Source: an uncultured Oscillospiraceae bacterium (GTDB taxonomy: Bacteria; Bacillota; Clostridia; Oscillospirales; CAG-382). Taken from it: a DNA stretch of 57,677 nt. The number at the start of each line of letters is the position of its first letter. The stretch's first letter is position 1. Shown here piece after piece: positions 35,380-45,508 of the stretch. Under the pieces are notes generated by a model, which made no database searches, was not told where the DNA came from, and worked only from the letters and a program-made list of their open reading frames with translations. The translations under genes and the position numbers were made by a program. Location: contig CAZTNR010000002.1 in NCBI GenBank assembly GCA_964614955.1, positions 1 to 57,677 on the forward strand, in the 5' to 3' direction.

Positions 35380-35417
35380 TAGTATGGTAAATACTCTTGA
35401 TACAGAAAGGAATAAAG

Positions 35418-37970
35418 ATGAAAAAGCTTGTTTTTGTTGTTTTAGCAACCCTTATGCTTGCGGTCAGCGTTAATGCTGCGTTTGAAAAGGTTAATACCTA
35501 TGATAATAACTTTTCCGATGTTAAGGATTCGGCGTGGTACGCAGAAAACGTGAAAACTGCATATGAACTCGGTTTTATGAACGGTAAATCCGAGGGAAAA
35601 TTTGATCCTAACGGTAATGTTACTGTTGTTGAGGCTCTTACTATGGCTTCGCGTCTTCACGCAATTTACAACGGTACAGAGGTAAAACCGAGAGAAGCGG
35701 GTAATAATGAATTCCGTATTGACTTTGACTCAATGGAGAATGTTTCCGTAAGATCCAATACAATCGGCAGAGTAGAAGACGGTGTTCTTGTGCTTGAGTC
35801 AAAGGGACCTAACAACAACGGTCTTTATGATCTCGGCACAATGATTGTCGGACTCGACCTTGATGCAAATGAATATAATAAGGTCAAGATTCGTATGAGA
35901 AGAGATTTTCTTCCCAATGTAAACGGCGATGAAAACCGCGATGAACGACTTGAACTTTTCTATATAACGAGCACGGAAACTCAGTATGATATGTCAAAGT
36001 ACGTTGCAATTGGTACTTCAAAGGTCTCGGATATGTCCGAATGGTTTGAGGTTGAGGTTGATGTATCTTCAAAAGAAAAGTGGAAGGACTATATCAAGGG
36101 TGTTCGTCTTGACCCTACTAATAATAACGGTATCTACTATATCGATTACATTTCCTTTACAAGAACCGAAAAACAGGTTGATAATAAATGGTATCAGATG
36201 TATGTTGACTATGCTGTTGACAACAAGATTGTAAATAAGGATAAGTTCAGAGAAGCCGATTATACCAGAAATATCACGCGCTTTGAGCTTTGCGAGCTTT
36301 TTGCAGCAGCTCTTCCCGAAGAATGCTATGCTCCTATAAATGAAGTAAAGGGTATTCCTGATGTGTTCAGAGACGAAGAAAACGCTGATATTGTTCTTAT
36401 GCTGTATAAAGCGGGTATTCTTCTCGGCTCAGACAGCAAGGGTACATTCAATCCTGCATCCGATATTAAGAGATCGGAAGTTGCTGCCATTATCAACAGA
36501 GCAGCACTCCCTGAAAACAGAGTAAATGGTTCTGTGGATTTTGACTGGGCGGCACAGGGTAATGAATATGACCTTGAATTTACTGACGAATCAAGCCTTG
36601 ATAATGTAACATTCAATGCTGAATCCGTCGAAGTGAAGAACGGCTCACTTGTTCTCGTTCCCAAGTACAGAGGCGACGGTCAGAGCTTAAAATACGACCC
36701 CCAGATAATTGTCAAGGATATCAATATCAACGCCGATGAGTATACAAAGCTTAAGGTAAGAATGAAGGTTGATTTTGACGATGAGATTTCAAATACAAAC
36801 TTTGAATTCTTCTATATGACAGACGATGATGAGAACTTCTCTCAGTCGAAGTTCGCCTTTGCTGACCTTCTTGCATATGCAAAGGTTGACCCTGCAGGAT
36901 GGTTTGTTGTTGAAGTTGACCTTGCACTGAGAGAACAGTGGAAGGGAACTGTTAAGGCGTTCCGTTTTGACCCTGCAAATACAGGCGGTACATATACAAT
37001 TGACTATATAAGACTCGCAAAGGCTGATTATCTCCAGGGTGCTTCCCACGACGCACTTGTGGCTGAAGGTTATACATCAAATCGACTCTTCGAAGATGAA
37101 GATATGGCAAACGGCTTCTATGTATCTCAGGTTGAAATGAAGCAAACAGCCAAGAATTACGGCATGTTCACAGATTATTGTGAAACTGCTGCCGCTCCTC
37201 TTTGGGCAATTGCGCCCATATGGTCAAAGTATGACCTTGTAGAAAACAGAGATACAAAGGCTGATAAATATACTCTTGCCGATACATACGGCATAAATAC
37301 AGTTAAGTATAATCCCGAAGAAAAGTCCTTATCCTTGCGTCTTGATGCAACAAAGGTTTATTATGGAGAAGCACACGACAGTGCAACCTATAACTGGTGG
37401 CCGCATCTTCTTATCGAACAGCTTGAAGAAGTGGATAAGAAAAAGAATTCGGCTGCAGCTGATAGAGTTTTTGCAGAGGTTGACCTCAAGCTTTCCGATT
37501 TTAAGACAACAACAAATCCCGAGGGAATCAATGCCTGTCAGTATGTTGCTAACTTCTATCTTATGACAGATAAGGCACCCGGTCAGAGAATTTGGTTTGG
37601 TCTGAGTTTGTTTGATGACCGTCTCGGCGGTAATACAACAGTAATTCCTTCCTGGAGCCCCGACTCTGCGGCGAATATGTATATGTATATAATTCCCACG
37701 GCTGTTGTGTTTGACGGTATCGAAAACAGCTTTACTCCAAAGAAGGGTGAGGTTGTTTCGGGCGATGAATGGAAGCACGTAAGACTTGATATTACGCCCC
37801 ATATCGACAGAGCAGTTGAATGGGCAAACAGAGACAATATCTTCGGTACTCAAATTACAAAGGAAGATTTGTACTTTGGCGGCGTAAATATCGGCTTTGA
37901 AATTCACGGAAATTACGATGCAACATTTGAGCATAAGAATCTTAATATAGTTTCCTATTACAAAGACTAA
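35418..37970 (+). CDS. SLH-anchored surface protein, paralogue E (850 aa)
   Basis: RBS AAAGGAA before ATG 35418; the track ORF starts at TTG 35397. Same architecture as the other paralogues. C-terminal domain 37020-37970 (NWWPHLLIEQ ... GVNIGFEIHGNYDATFEHKNLNIVSYYKD). Confidence 0.92.
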   Translation: MKKLVFVVLATLMLAVSVNAAFEKVNTYDNNFSDVKDSAWYAENVKTAYELGFMNGKSEGKFDPNGNVTVVEALTMASRLHAIYNGTEVKPREAGNNEFRIDFDSMENVSVRSNTIGRVEDGVLVLESKGPNNNGLYDLGTMIVGLDLDANEYNKVKIRMRRDFLPNVNGDENRDERLELFYITSTETQYDMSKYVAIGTSKVSDMSEWFEVEVDVSSKEKWKDYIKGVRLDPTNNNGIYYIDYISFTRTEKQVDNKWYQMYVDYAVDNKIVNKDKFREADYTRNITRFELCELFAAALPEECYAPINEVKGIPDVFRDEENADIVLMLYKAGILLGSDSKGTFNPASDIKRSEVAAIINRAALPENRVNGSVDFDWAAQGNEYDLEFTDESSLDNVTFNAESVEVKNGSLVLVPKYRGDGQSLKYDPQIIVKDININADEYTKLKVRMKVDFDDEISNTNFEFFYMTDDDENFSQSKFAFADLLAYAKVDPAGWFVVEVDLALREQWKGTVKAFRFDPANTGGTYTIDYIRLAKADYLQGASHDALVAEGYTSNRLFEDEDMANGFYVSQVEMKQTAKNYGMFTDYCETAAAPLWAIAPIWSKYDLVENRDTKADKYTLADTYGINTVKYNPEEKSLSLRLDATKVYYGEAHDSATYNWWPHLLIEQLEEVDKKKNSAAADRVFAEVDLKLSDFKTTTNPEGINACQYVANFYLMTDKAPGQRIWFGLSLFDDRLGGNTTVIPSWSPDSAANMYMYIIPTAVVFDGIENSFTPKKGEVVSGDEWKHVRLDITPHIDRAVEWANRDNIFGTQITKEDLYFGGVNIGFEIHGNYDATFEHKNLNIVSYYKD

Positions 37971-37976
37971 ATACAT

Positions 37977-38004
37977 AAAAAGGTTGACTTAGGTCAGCCT
38001 TTTT
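37977..38004 (+). terminator. Intrinsic terminator after paralogue E (composite element)
   Basis: AAAAAGGTTGACttagGTCAGCCTTTTT, starting 7 nt after the stop. Confidence 0.75.
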
Positions 38005-38012
38005 GCTATTAT
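37984..38012 (+). promoter_or_regulatory. Promoter of paralogue F, with the -35 embedded in the preceding hairpin
   Basis: TTGACT (37984-37989), a 17-nt spacer, then TATTAT (38007-38012), 31 nt upstream of ATG 38043. Confidence 0.55.
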
Positions 38013-38042
38013 AAAGGCATAAGAAAAACTTGGAGGTGTAAT

Positions 38043-40643
38043 ATGAGAAAAATGGCTATCTTTATGATACTCTCACTTGTTCTTGTTACAGGAGCATCTG
38101 CGGTTTTCGTAAAGACAAGTACTTACGACAATAACTTTTCCGATGTTAAAGAATCGGCGTGGTATGTAAAGGATGTAAAGACAGCATATGAGCTCGGATT
38201 TATGAACGGAAAATCAGACAGTTTATTTGACCCCAACGGCAGTGTTACCGTTGTCGAAGGTATTGCTATGGCGTCTCGACTCCACGCCATCTACAACGGT
38301 ATAGAAATTAAACCGAGGGACAATGAGGTACAAGAATACAGAATTGATTTTGAAGATCCAAGTATTATAGTCGATTTGACAAAGAGAAATCAGCGTTTGG
38401 ACAGCGGCATAGGTTTTCACCGTTCTACGGGTTATATTGAGGATGGTGTTCTTGTCGTACAGCCCGATGCACCAAACGACAGAGGCATTTATGACCCGGG
38501 TGTATTCATAAAAGGCTTTGAGCTTGATACAAGATACTATAATAAGCTCACATTCCGTATGAAAAGACAGGCGCTTAATAACGTAAATCCCGATGCACCG
38601 AGAAGCGAAACTGTGGAAATCTTCTTTGCAACCACTTCTAACGGAAATATTTCGGGGGATAAATGCGTAACTGTAAGCCTTAAGGATATTCCCGACCTTA
38701 CAGAATGGGTTGAGGTCGAGGTTGATTTGTTTAAGCACGGAAAGTATACTGATTTTCTCAAACAAATCAGATTTGACCCTACTAATAATAACGGCATTTA
38801 CTATATTGACTATATCGCATTTTCACATAGTGAAAACTATAACGGTGAAAAATGGTATGATATGTATGTCAATTATGCCCTTGATAACGGAATTGTCAAA
38901 CAGCACGATTATTATACCGACGATTACTCGAGAAATATCACAAGGGGAGAGCTGTGCAGTCTTTTTGCATCGGCACTTCCCGAAGCATACTTTGAAAAAA
39001 TTAATGATATCAAAGGTATTCCCGATATTTTGCGAAACGATAAGAATGCCGATGTTTTCCTGATGCTCTATAATGCGGGCATTGTTCTCGGCTCTGATAA
39101 AGAGGGGACATTTAACCGCGACAACGATATAAAACGGAGCGAAGCTGCGGCAATTATAAACAGAGCTGCGCTTCCCGAAAACAGAGTGAAAGGCAGTATT
39201 TCTGCAACATGGGAAATTGACGGAACACCGTACGACATAGAATTTGATGACCCGTTGTTCCTTGACACGGCAACCTTTGAAGCAGAGAGCGTAGAGATAA
39301 ATAATAGTGTACTTACTCTTAAGGTTTTCGACAGAGGAGAGGGGAGAACTACGCGCTTTGACCCGAAAATCACAGTTAAAAATACAGATATTGATGCAAA
39401 GAAATATTCAAAGCTGAGAATAAGAATAAAGCCCGAGTTTAAGGGCGAGGTTACAAATAGAAATATTGACTTCTATTTTATGACCGAGGGTGACTCAAAC
39501 TTCTCGGAAGCAAAGTCCTTTCATATGTCATATGACGGTCAGTATGTAGATTCGTCAGGCTATACTTTTTTTGAAATTGATTTCAGACTTCTTCCCATCT
39601 GGGACGGAAAGGTGACGGCAATACGCTTTGACCCTGCCAATGCCGACGGCATCTTTCATATTGACTATATCAGATTTATCGAAGACAAAAACGGCTATAA
39701 TACCTTGTTTACTCATAACGAGCTTGTTGAAGCAGGGTATACCTCAACAAGACTTATGCGTGATGAGGGCTTTGAAAGAGGCTTTTATGTGTCCCGAATT
39801 CAGAATACGGCAAGCTCGCCTGAAAAAGGTTTGTTCAGGGATTATGTTGAAACAAATGATATGCCGCTGTGGAATATTTCTCCCCATTGGGCACGCTTTG
39901 ACCTTGTGGATGATAGGGATACAACAACCGATAAGTATACAATCAAGGATAAGCACGGCGTTAATACAATCACCTATAACCCTGATGAAAAATCTCTTAC
40001 AATGAGGGTAAATACATATCCAATCTATGAGGGCAAACCTCATATTGATGATGAGTATAAATGGTGGCCTCATCTTCTTGTGAGTCAGTCTTCTGATATC
40101 TGCCCAATAGATAAAAAACGAAATTCTGCAGCGGCCGACAGAATGTTTATTGAAGCGGATATCAGACTCCTTGACTTTAATGACACAACGATAAAAGCGG
40201 GCACAACCAGTGCAAACTTTATGGCGTACTTCTACCTGCGTACCGATAAGTCTCCGGGTGACCTTATATGGTTCGGTATAAACTTCTTCAACGGAACAAA
40301 AACCGACTCCGCTATAAGATGCGGCTGGGCACCCGATTCTGCAGCTCATCAGTATATGTATAAGATGTCGCAGGCAATAGTTTACGGCGGTGTAGAAAAC
40401 TCCTTTGTTCCCGAAAACGGTGTAGTTCTGTCAGGGGATGAATGGAAGCACGTAAGAATTGATGTTACACCACATATTCAGCAGGCAGTTGACTGGGCAA
40501 ACAGAGACGACGCCTTCGGCACACCCGTAACTGTTGAAGATATGTACTTCGAAGGTGTTAATATCGGTTACGAAACCTGGGGCAATTACGATTACACGGT
40601 TGAGTTCAAAAACTTTAATATGATTTCATACAATAAGCCATAA
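38043..40643 (+). CDS. SLH-anchored surface protein, paralogue F (866 aa)
   Basis: RBS GGAGGTG and a signal peptide. Same architecture as the other paralogues (YYIDYIAF, FHIDYIRF). C-terminal domain 39681-40643 (KWWPHLLVSQ ... GVNIGYETWGNYDYTVEFKNFNMISYNKP). Confidence 0.92.
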   Translation: MRKMAIFMILSLVLVTGASAVFVKTSTYDNNFSDVKESAWYVKDVKTAYELGFMNGKSDSLFDPNGSVTVVEGIAMASRLHAIYNGIEIKPRDNEVQEYRIDFEDPSIIVDLTKRNQRLDSGIGFHRSTGYIEDGVLVVQPDAPNDRGIYDPGVFIKGFELDTRYYNKLTFRMKRQALNNVNPDAPRSETVEIFFATTSNGNISGDKCVTVSLKDIPDLTEWVEVEVDLFKHGKYTDFLKQIRFDPTNNNGIYYIDYIAFSHSENYNGEKWYDMYVNYALDNGIVKQHDYYTDDYSRNITRGELCSLFASALPEAYFEKINDIKGIPDILRNDKNADVFLMLYNAGIVLGSDKEGTFNRDNDIKRSEAAAIINRAALPENRVKGSISATWEIDGTPYDIEFDDPLFLDTATFEAESVEINNSVLTLKVFDRGEGRTTRFDPKITVKNTDIDAKKYSKLRIRIKPEFKGEVTNRNIDFYFMTEGDSNFSEAKSFHMSYDGQYVDSSGYTFFEIDFRLLPIWDGKVTAIRFDPANADGIFHIDYIRFIEDKNGYNTLFTHNELVEAGYTSTRLMRDEGFERGFYVSRIQNTASSPEKGLFRDYVETNDMPLWNISPHWARFDLVDDRDTTTDKYTIKDKHGVNTITYNPDEKSLTMRVNTYPIYEGKPHIDDEYKWWPHLLVSQSSDICPIDKKRNSAAADRMFIEADIRLLDFNDTTIKAGTTSANFMAYFYLRTDKSPGDLIWFGINFFNGTKTDSAIRCGWAPDSAAHQYMYKMSQAIVYGGVENSFVPENGVVLSGDEWKHVRIDVTPHIQQAVDWANRDDAFGTPVTVEDMYFEGVNIGYETWGNYDYTVEFKNFNMISYNKP

Positions 40644-40648
40644 CCTGT

Positions 40649-40687
40649 AAAGAGCCGATGCGTGTCGGCTCTTTTATCTTTTTTTCT
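40649..40687 (+). terminator. Intrinsic terminator after paralogue F
   Basis: AAAGAGCCGA-tgcgtg-TCGGCTCTTTT followed by ATCTTTTTTT. Confidence 0.85.
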
Positions 40688-40695
40688 CAAATGGG

Positions 40696-40724
40696 TTGAT
40701 AAATACGTTAATCTATGTTATAAT
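40696..40724 (+). promoter_or_regulatory. Promoter of paralogue G
   Basis: TTGATA (40696-40701), a 17-nt spacer, then TATAAT (40719-40724), 46 nt upstream of ATG 40770. Confidence 0.55.
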
Positions 40725-40769
40725 TAAAAATATATTTGAATAATTTGATTTACGAATTGGAGATTAAAA

Positions 40770-43700
40770 ATGACTTTAAGAAAAGTACTTTCATTGCTTG
40801 TAATCATATCATTTGCTCTTTTGCTTCAGATTGCCGTTGCCGCTTTGCCTTCTGTTGTTACAGCCGCAGATACGGCAAATGAAATAGTTGAGGCTTCCTC
40901 TGATATTTCAGGTCTTTTCGCAGACGGTTGTGTTTCAATTAATATCGGCGAAAAAGTGAATGCGGAAAATATAAGATATGCTGAGATTGACGGAGTGCAG
41001 ACAGAAATTGCCGAGAATAACAATCAATATTCGGCTTTGATTGGAGATAATAATTTTATTGTTACAATCATAGAAAAAACAGTCGACAAGGCTTCTGTTG
41101 TGAAAACACAGTGCTTTTATGTAAATGCCGCCGATAAAACTGCAGTAAAGCTTAATATGGACTCATATATGAAGTCTTATGAAGATAAAGCAATCAGAAC
41201 TGTCGGTGAAATGGGAATACGCTTCAAGGCCCATATTCTTTCAGATGTAAAGTCGGAAGAGATTGACTTTTCCATTGATGAATACGGCTACATAATTTCA
41301 ACAAAGGAAGCCCTTGGTTCTGAGTCTCTTACTTTTAATTCTTCAAGGTATATCACTGGTGTTGCATACAATAAAGCTGACGGCACCGACATTGTTTATG
41401 ACCGAACTAATGATGATTACGATATCTTTACCGGTGTACTGAAAAATGTGCCTGTGAAGAATTATGAAACAGAGCTTGTATGTAAAACATATACAAAGCT
41501 TACTGTTGTAAATGAAGCATTTGTAATTTACGGAGAACCTGTTGCCGGTAATGTCTTTGATATCGCAGCTCGGATTTTTTTAAATGATTCCTCAAATTTG
41601 AGTGTTGCAAAAATAATTTTTGATTATATTGAGTGCTCGAGAAATGCGGATTCCTCCTTCACAGACAGCTTTGTCAATTGTGAAGCCGATGGTACAAGCC
41701 TTGATGTCAGCGGTTACTTTGAATGCAGCTCTTCCGATACCAATGTATATAACGTGTATCTTGTAACATATGATGAACTTGGCTCAATTGCTTCGGTTGA
41801 AAAATCTGATGATTTTACACTTGTGTCGGGATTGAACTCATTCACTGCCTCCTTTGAAACGCAGGACGAAGGCTTAGAGACAAAGGCTTTTGTGCTTACA
41901 TCCGATATAAGACTTGTATCTTGTGAAGACAAGATTCGCTGGACGCCTTCGCAGGATATTTTCTACGATATTCTGTGCTCCGATGTCTTTGATGCCGAAA
42001 CGGATTTTTCTTCTCTTATTGATTCTGATGAAAACGTATCAATAATTGAAGGTATCAGTATTGCTTCGGCGCTTCACGCAAAGAAAAACAGTAAAAAAGT
42101 TACCGTAAATGAAGATGCTGTATATGAGCATTATGTTGAAATGGATGATGCTTCACAGCTTATAGACCTTTCCGAAAGGAATTCAGTTAATCTTGACGCT
42201 ATGAATTTCGGAAATGCAAGCGGTGAAATTGATGAAGAAAACGGCTATCTTATTGGTACTTCAACCGTTAAATCGAACGGCGGCTACGACCCACAGCTTA
42301 CAATCAACGGTCTTTTGCTTGAAGCAAGAAAATACAATAAGATTACTGTTCGTATGAAGTTCGAAAAGTTTGACGGCAGTGAGTCGAATATATCCAAGCA
42401 GTCTGTACAGATTTTCTTTAAGACAAATATGAGTACCGGTCTTTCTGAAACAAACAGTTGTTTGTACTCACTCAAGAATGTTGCAAATCCCTATGATTGG
42501 TTTGAGTTTGAACTTGAAATGAGCACCAAGGAAGCGTGGAACAACTTTATCACAGGCATACGCCTTGACCCGACAAATGCAAATGTCAAGTTCTATATTG
42601 ATTATGTAAAGTTTTCACAGAGCGATAATGCTGTTAATACGGCGTGGTATGACAGATTTCTCGATTATGCATATGAAAACGATATTGTTGAAATAGGCGA
42701 CTTTACCGAAGCCGAGTTCGACAGGGATATTACAAGAGAAGAATTGCTTACAATGCTTGTAAAGGCTCTCGGTGAGGATGAGTTTAATACAATAAACAGC
42801 GATATTTGCGCTATTCCTGATGTTGACAGAAACAGAGATAATGCGGAAATTTTCCTTATGCTCTATAAATCGGGCATTACTCTCGGCTTTGATAAAGACG
42901 GAAACCTTTGTCCCGAAAATAGCATTCTCAGAAGTGAAACTGCTGCAGTAGTCAATAGAATCGCTGTTGACGATAACAGGCTTGTCGGTACTGTTGATGC
43001 TACGTGGGAAAGCGATGATTATATCAATGACTATGAGTTTAACGATTCTTCAGACCTTAGTCGGTTTACAACTCGTAAGAGAATGACAGAGCAGGTTGTT
43101 TCCGACGGTGCATACTCATTCAATGCAACCTGGGATTCATATATGGTTGACCCGTCTATTTCTATAGATGCGGATAAGTACACCAAGATTAAAATAAGAA
43201 TCAAGGCTGACTATGCATCAGAACCCAATGCAAGCGGTAAGACATATAATGTTTATTTTAAACCCGAGGATTTTGACGGTGAAATTACTCATTACACCTA
43301 CAGTGAAGCTGTAGCAGATTACTATCTTGACGCTGCAGGCTGGTATGTATTTGAAATTGATATGTGCCTGCATCCCAAGTGGAGAGGAAATGTAAGCTAT
43401 TTCCGTTTTGATCCGATGAATTCCGCAGGCTCATATAAGATTGACTATATTCGTTTTATCAAGTCCGAATATGCGGATTATCCCGACCAGGAATCGCTTA
43501 TAAATGCCGGCTATACTGCAACAAGACTTATGCAGGATGAGGATTTTACCCGCGGATTCTATGTCAGCTCGGTTGACCAGTCTGTGTCTTCCGTAAATCA
43601 CGGTCTGTGGCAGGACTACTGTGAAACCTCCGATGCACCTCTTTGGCAGATTGGCCCCTGGTGGCAGGGAACAGGCGAGGGCTTCGAGACGGTTGACCTC

Positions 43701-44465
43701 TGGGAGGACAGAGATACAACCACCGATGAGTATACTCTTGCAGATAAATACGGTATAAATACTATTACCTATAATCCCGAGCTTAAGTCTATAACACAAA
43801 GACTTGATGCCACAAAGATTTATGGCGGTGAGCCTCACAATGTTGACACTTATACGTGGTGGCCTCATCAGCTTCTCGAGCAGAATACAAACTACACGGG
43901 TGATGTTGATAAAGACAGAAACTCTGCCGATGCAGACAGAATGTTTGTTGAGCTTGATGTCAGAATGACAGACTTCAAGAACACGACAAATGCCGAGGGC
44001 ACAAACGTGTGCTCATACCTCGTTTACTTCTATCTGCGACCCAAGGCACAGCCCAATCAGAGAATCTGGTTCGGTCTCAATCTCTTCTCGACAAGCTCTT
44101 CAACCGAAAACCCCACAGGTCTTACTGCACCTACAAGTGTAAAACCGAACTGGTCGCCCGACTCTGCGGCACATCAGTATATGTACGGAATGCCGATGGC
44201 TGTTGTTTATGACGGCATTGAAAACTCCTTCAACCCGTCAAGCGGCGTTGCGGATGTTAGCGACGAATGGAAGAAGATACGTCTTGATGTTACTCCTCAT
44301 ATTGATAGAGCAATTGAATGGGCTAATCGTGACGATATCTTCGGCTATGAAGTTACAAAGTCTGATATGTACTTTGACGGTGTAAATATAGGTTATGAAA
44401 TACACGGTAACTATGACTGTACATTTGAGTTTAAGAACTTCAATATGATTTCTTATAATAAGTAA
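40770..44465 (+). CDS. SLH-anchored surface protein, paralogue G (1231 aa), with an N-terminal extension
   Basis: RBS GGAGA and a signal peptide. Domain order: an extra ~390-aa N-terminal region containing a GIRF-type domain (41195-41570); a degenerate SLH1 with only its C-terminal half recognisable; module (FYIDYVKF); SLH2-3; module (YKIDYIRF); C-terminal domain 43461-44465 (TWWPHQLLEQ ... GVNIGYEIHGNYDCTFEFKNFNMISYNK). Confidence 0.9.
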   Translation: MTLRKVLSLLVIISFALLLQIAVAALPSVVTAADTANEIVEASSDISGLFADGCVSINIGEKVNAENIRYAEIDGVQTEIAENNNQYSALIGDNNFIVTIIEKTVDKASVVKTQCFYVNAADKTAVKLNMDSYMKSYEDKAIRTVGEMGIRFKAHILSDVKSEEIDFSIDEYGYIISTKEALGSESLTFNSSRYITGVAYNKADGTDIVYDRTNDDYDIFTGVLKNVPVKNYETELVCKTYTKLTVVNEAFVIYGEPVAGNVFDIAARIFLNDSSNLSVAKIIFDYIECSRNADSSFTDSFVNCEADGTSLDVSGYFECSSSDTNVYNVYLVTYDELGSIASVEKSDDFTLVSGLNSFTASFETQDEGLETKAFVLTSDIRLVSCEDKIRWTPSQDIFYDILCSDVFDAETDFSSLIDSDENVSIIEGISIASALHAKKNSKKVTVNEDAVYEHYVEMDDASQLIDLSERNSVNLDAMNFGNASGEIDEENGYLIGTSTVKSNGGYDPQLTINGLLLEARKYNKITVRMKFEKFDGSESNISKQSVQIFFKTNMSTGLSETNSCLYSLKNVANPYDWFEFELEMSTKEAWNNFITGIRLDPTNANVKFYIDYVKFSQSDNAVNTAWYDRFLDYAYENDIVEIGDFTEAEFDRDITREELLTMLVKALGEDEFNTINSDICAIPDVDRNRDNAEIFLMLYKSGITLGFDKDGNLCPENSILRSETAAVVNRIAVDDNRLVGTVDATWESDDYINDYEFNDSSDLSRFTTRKRMTEQVVSDGAYSFNATWDSYMVDPSISIDADKYTKIKIRIKADYASEPNASGKTYNVYFKPEDFDGEITHYTYSEAVADYYLDAAGWYVFEIDMCLHPKWRGNVSYFRFDPMNSAGSYKIDYIRFIKSEYADYPDQESLINAGYTATRLMQDEDFTRGFYVSSVDQSVSSVNHGLWQDYCETSDAPLWQIGPWWQGTGEGFETVDLWEDRDTTTDEYTLADKYGINTITYNPELKSITQRLDATKIYGGEPHNVDTYTWWPHQLLEQNTNYTGDVDKDRNSADADRMFVELDVRMTDFKNTTNAEGTNVCSYLVYFYLRPKAQPNQRIWFGLNLFSTSSSTENPTGLTAPTSVKPNWSPDSAAHQYMYGMPMAVVYDGIENSFNPSSGVADVSDEWKKIRLDVTPHIDRAIEWANRDDIFGYEVTKSDMYFDGVNIGYEIHGNYDCTFEFKNFNMISYNK

Positions 44466-44473
44466 AAAAATTG

Positions 44474-44502
44474 GGCGTCCTGCTTGGCAGGACGCCTTTT
44501 TT
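44474..44502. terminator. Bidirectional intrinsic terminator between paralogue G and the convergent AraC gene
   Basis: GGCGTCCTG-cttgg-CAGGACGCC with AAAAAAA upstream and TTTTTT downstream. Confidence 0.85.
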
Positions 44503-44506
44503 GCAG

Positions 44507-45508
44507 TTATTTGTTGCTTGTTCTCAGTTTACCCACGTGAGGATTGAACTTTCTGTATTGGGCAGGGGTTATTTGTCTTATTTTTTTAAAAGCCTTTGAA
44601 AAGCTGTCGCGGTTTTTAAAGCCGAGCTCCGTCGCAATTTTGCTTATAGGCATACGTGTGTTGAGAAGCATAATTTTAGCAAGGCGGACTCGTTCGCTTG
44701 CGACGAGATATGAAAAAGAAACACCCGTTGCTTCTTTGAGAAGACGGTGTATGTGGGTTCTTGAAAATCCGAAGTGGGAGGATAACTCTTTAAGTGTAAC
44801 GGTGCTGCAGTTGTTGTTGATGTAGCTTATAATCCTTTGGGCAACATCGCTTTTTCCCGATTCCTCTGAAGTATAAAGGTGCTCATGCCGTTCTTGCTTT
44901 GCCAGCATAATAAGACAGGAAGAAAATAGATTTTCAAAATATAAATTGTCAAAAAGTCCCGTGCTTCGGTACACGGTTCTGTGAATATCAAGCATTTTCG
45001 ACAGCGTATTTTCATACATTTCATTGTCCTTACTTGAAAAAACGGTAAAAATACTGTTGCTGCTGAGATTTGAAATGTAGTTGTTCGGGTCGCCGTTTTT
45101 GAATATATTGCCCATTTCACAAAACCAATCGCTCTTAATAAAGAATGAGGCGTGATTTGTGTCGGGAAGAACGAAAAAACTGTGTGTGACAGAAGGTGAC
45201 AGAATTACTGTTTCACCCTTTTCAATGATGTAACTGTTGTCTGCCATAACTTCAACTATGGCACCTTCAAGTACATGTGTAAATTCATAAAAGTTGTGAT
45301 TATGATAGTCTGCATTTGGAAAGAACATATAATTGTGCTGAATTTTTCTCAGATTGTCATGAGCACAGATTTCAAAAAGCATTGTTCTTGAGGCTTTGTT
45401 TTGGTGTAAGGAGCTTATAACATTGGTGATTCTTTCTATTTCTCTGTATACTTCTACACCGTACTTATCAATAACTTCTTGTCTGTTATTTTTGCTGACT
45501 GTAATCAT
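44507..45508 (-). CDS. AraC/XylS-family transcriptional regulator (cupin-like N-domain plus C-terminal dual HTH)
   Basis: 333 aa. The C-terminus is LKELSSHFGFSRTHIHRLLKEATGVSFSYLVASERVRLAKIMLLNTRMPISKIATELGFKNRDSFSKAFKKIRQITPAQYRK, a typical AraC HTH. RBS AAAGGA. Confidence 0.9.
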   Translation of the reverse strand: MITVSKNNRQEVIDKYGVEVYREIERITNVISSLHQNKASRTMLFEICAHDNLRKIQHNYMFFPNADYHNHNFYEFTHVLEGAIVEVMADNSYIIEKGETVILSPSVTHSFFVLPDTNHASFFIKSDWFCEMGNIFKNGDPNNYISNLSSNSIFTVFSSKDNEMYENTLSKMLDIHRTVYRSTGLFDNLYFENLFSSCLIMLAKQERHEHLYTSEESGKSDVAQRIISYINNNCSTVTLKELSSHFGFSRTHIHRLLKEATGVSFSYLVASERVRLAKIMLLNTRMPISKIATELGFKNRDSFSKAFKKIRQITPAQYRKFNPHVGKLRTSNK

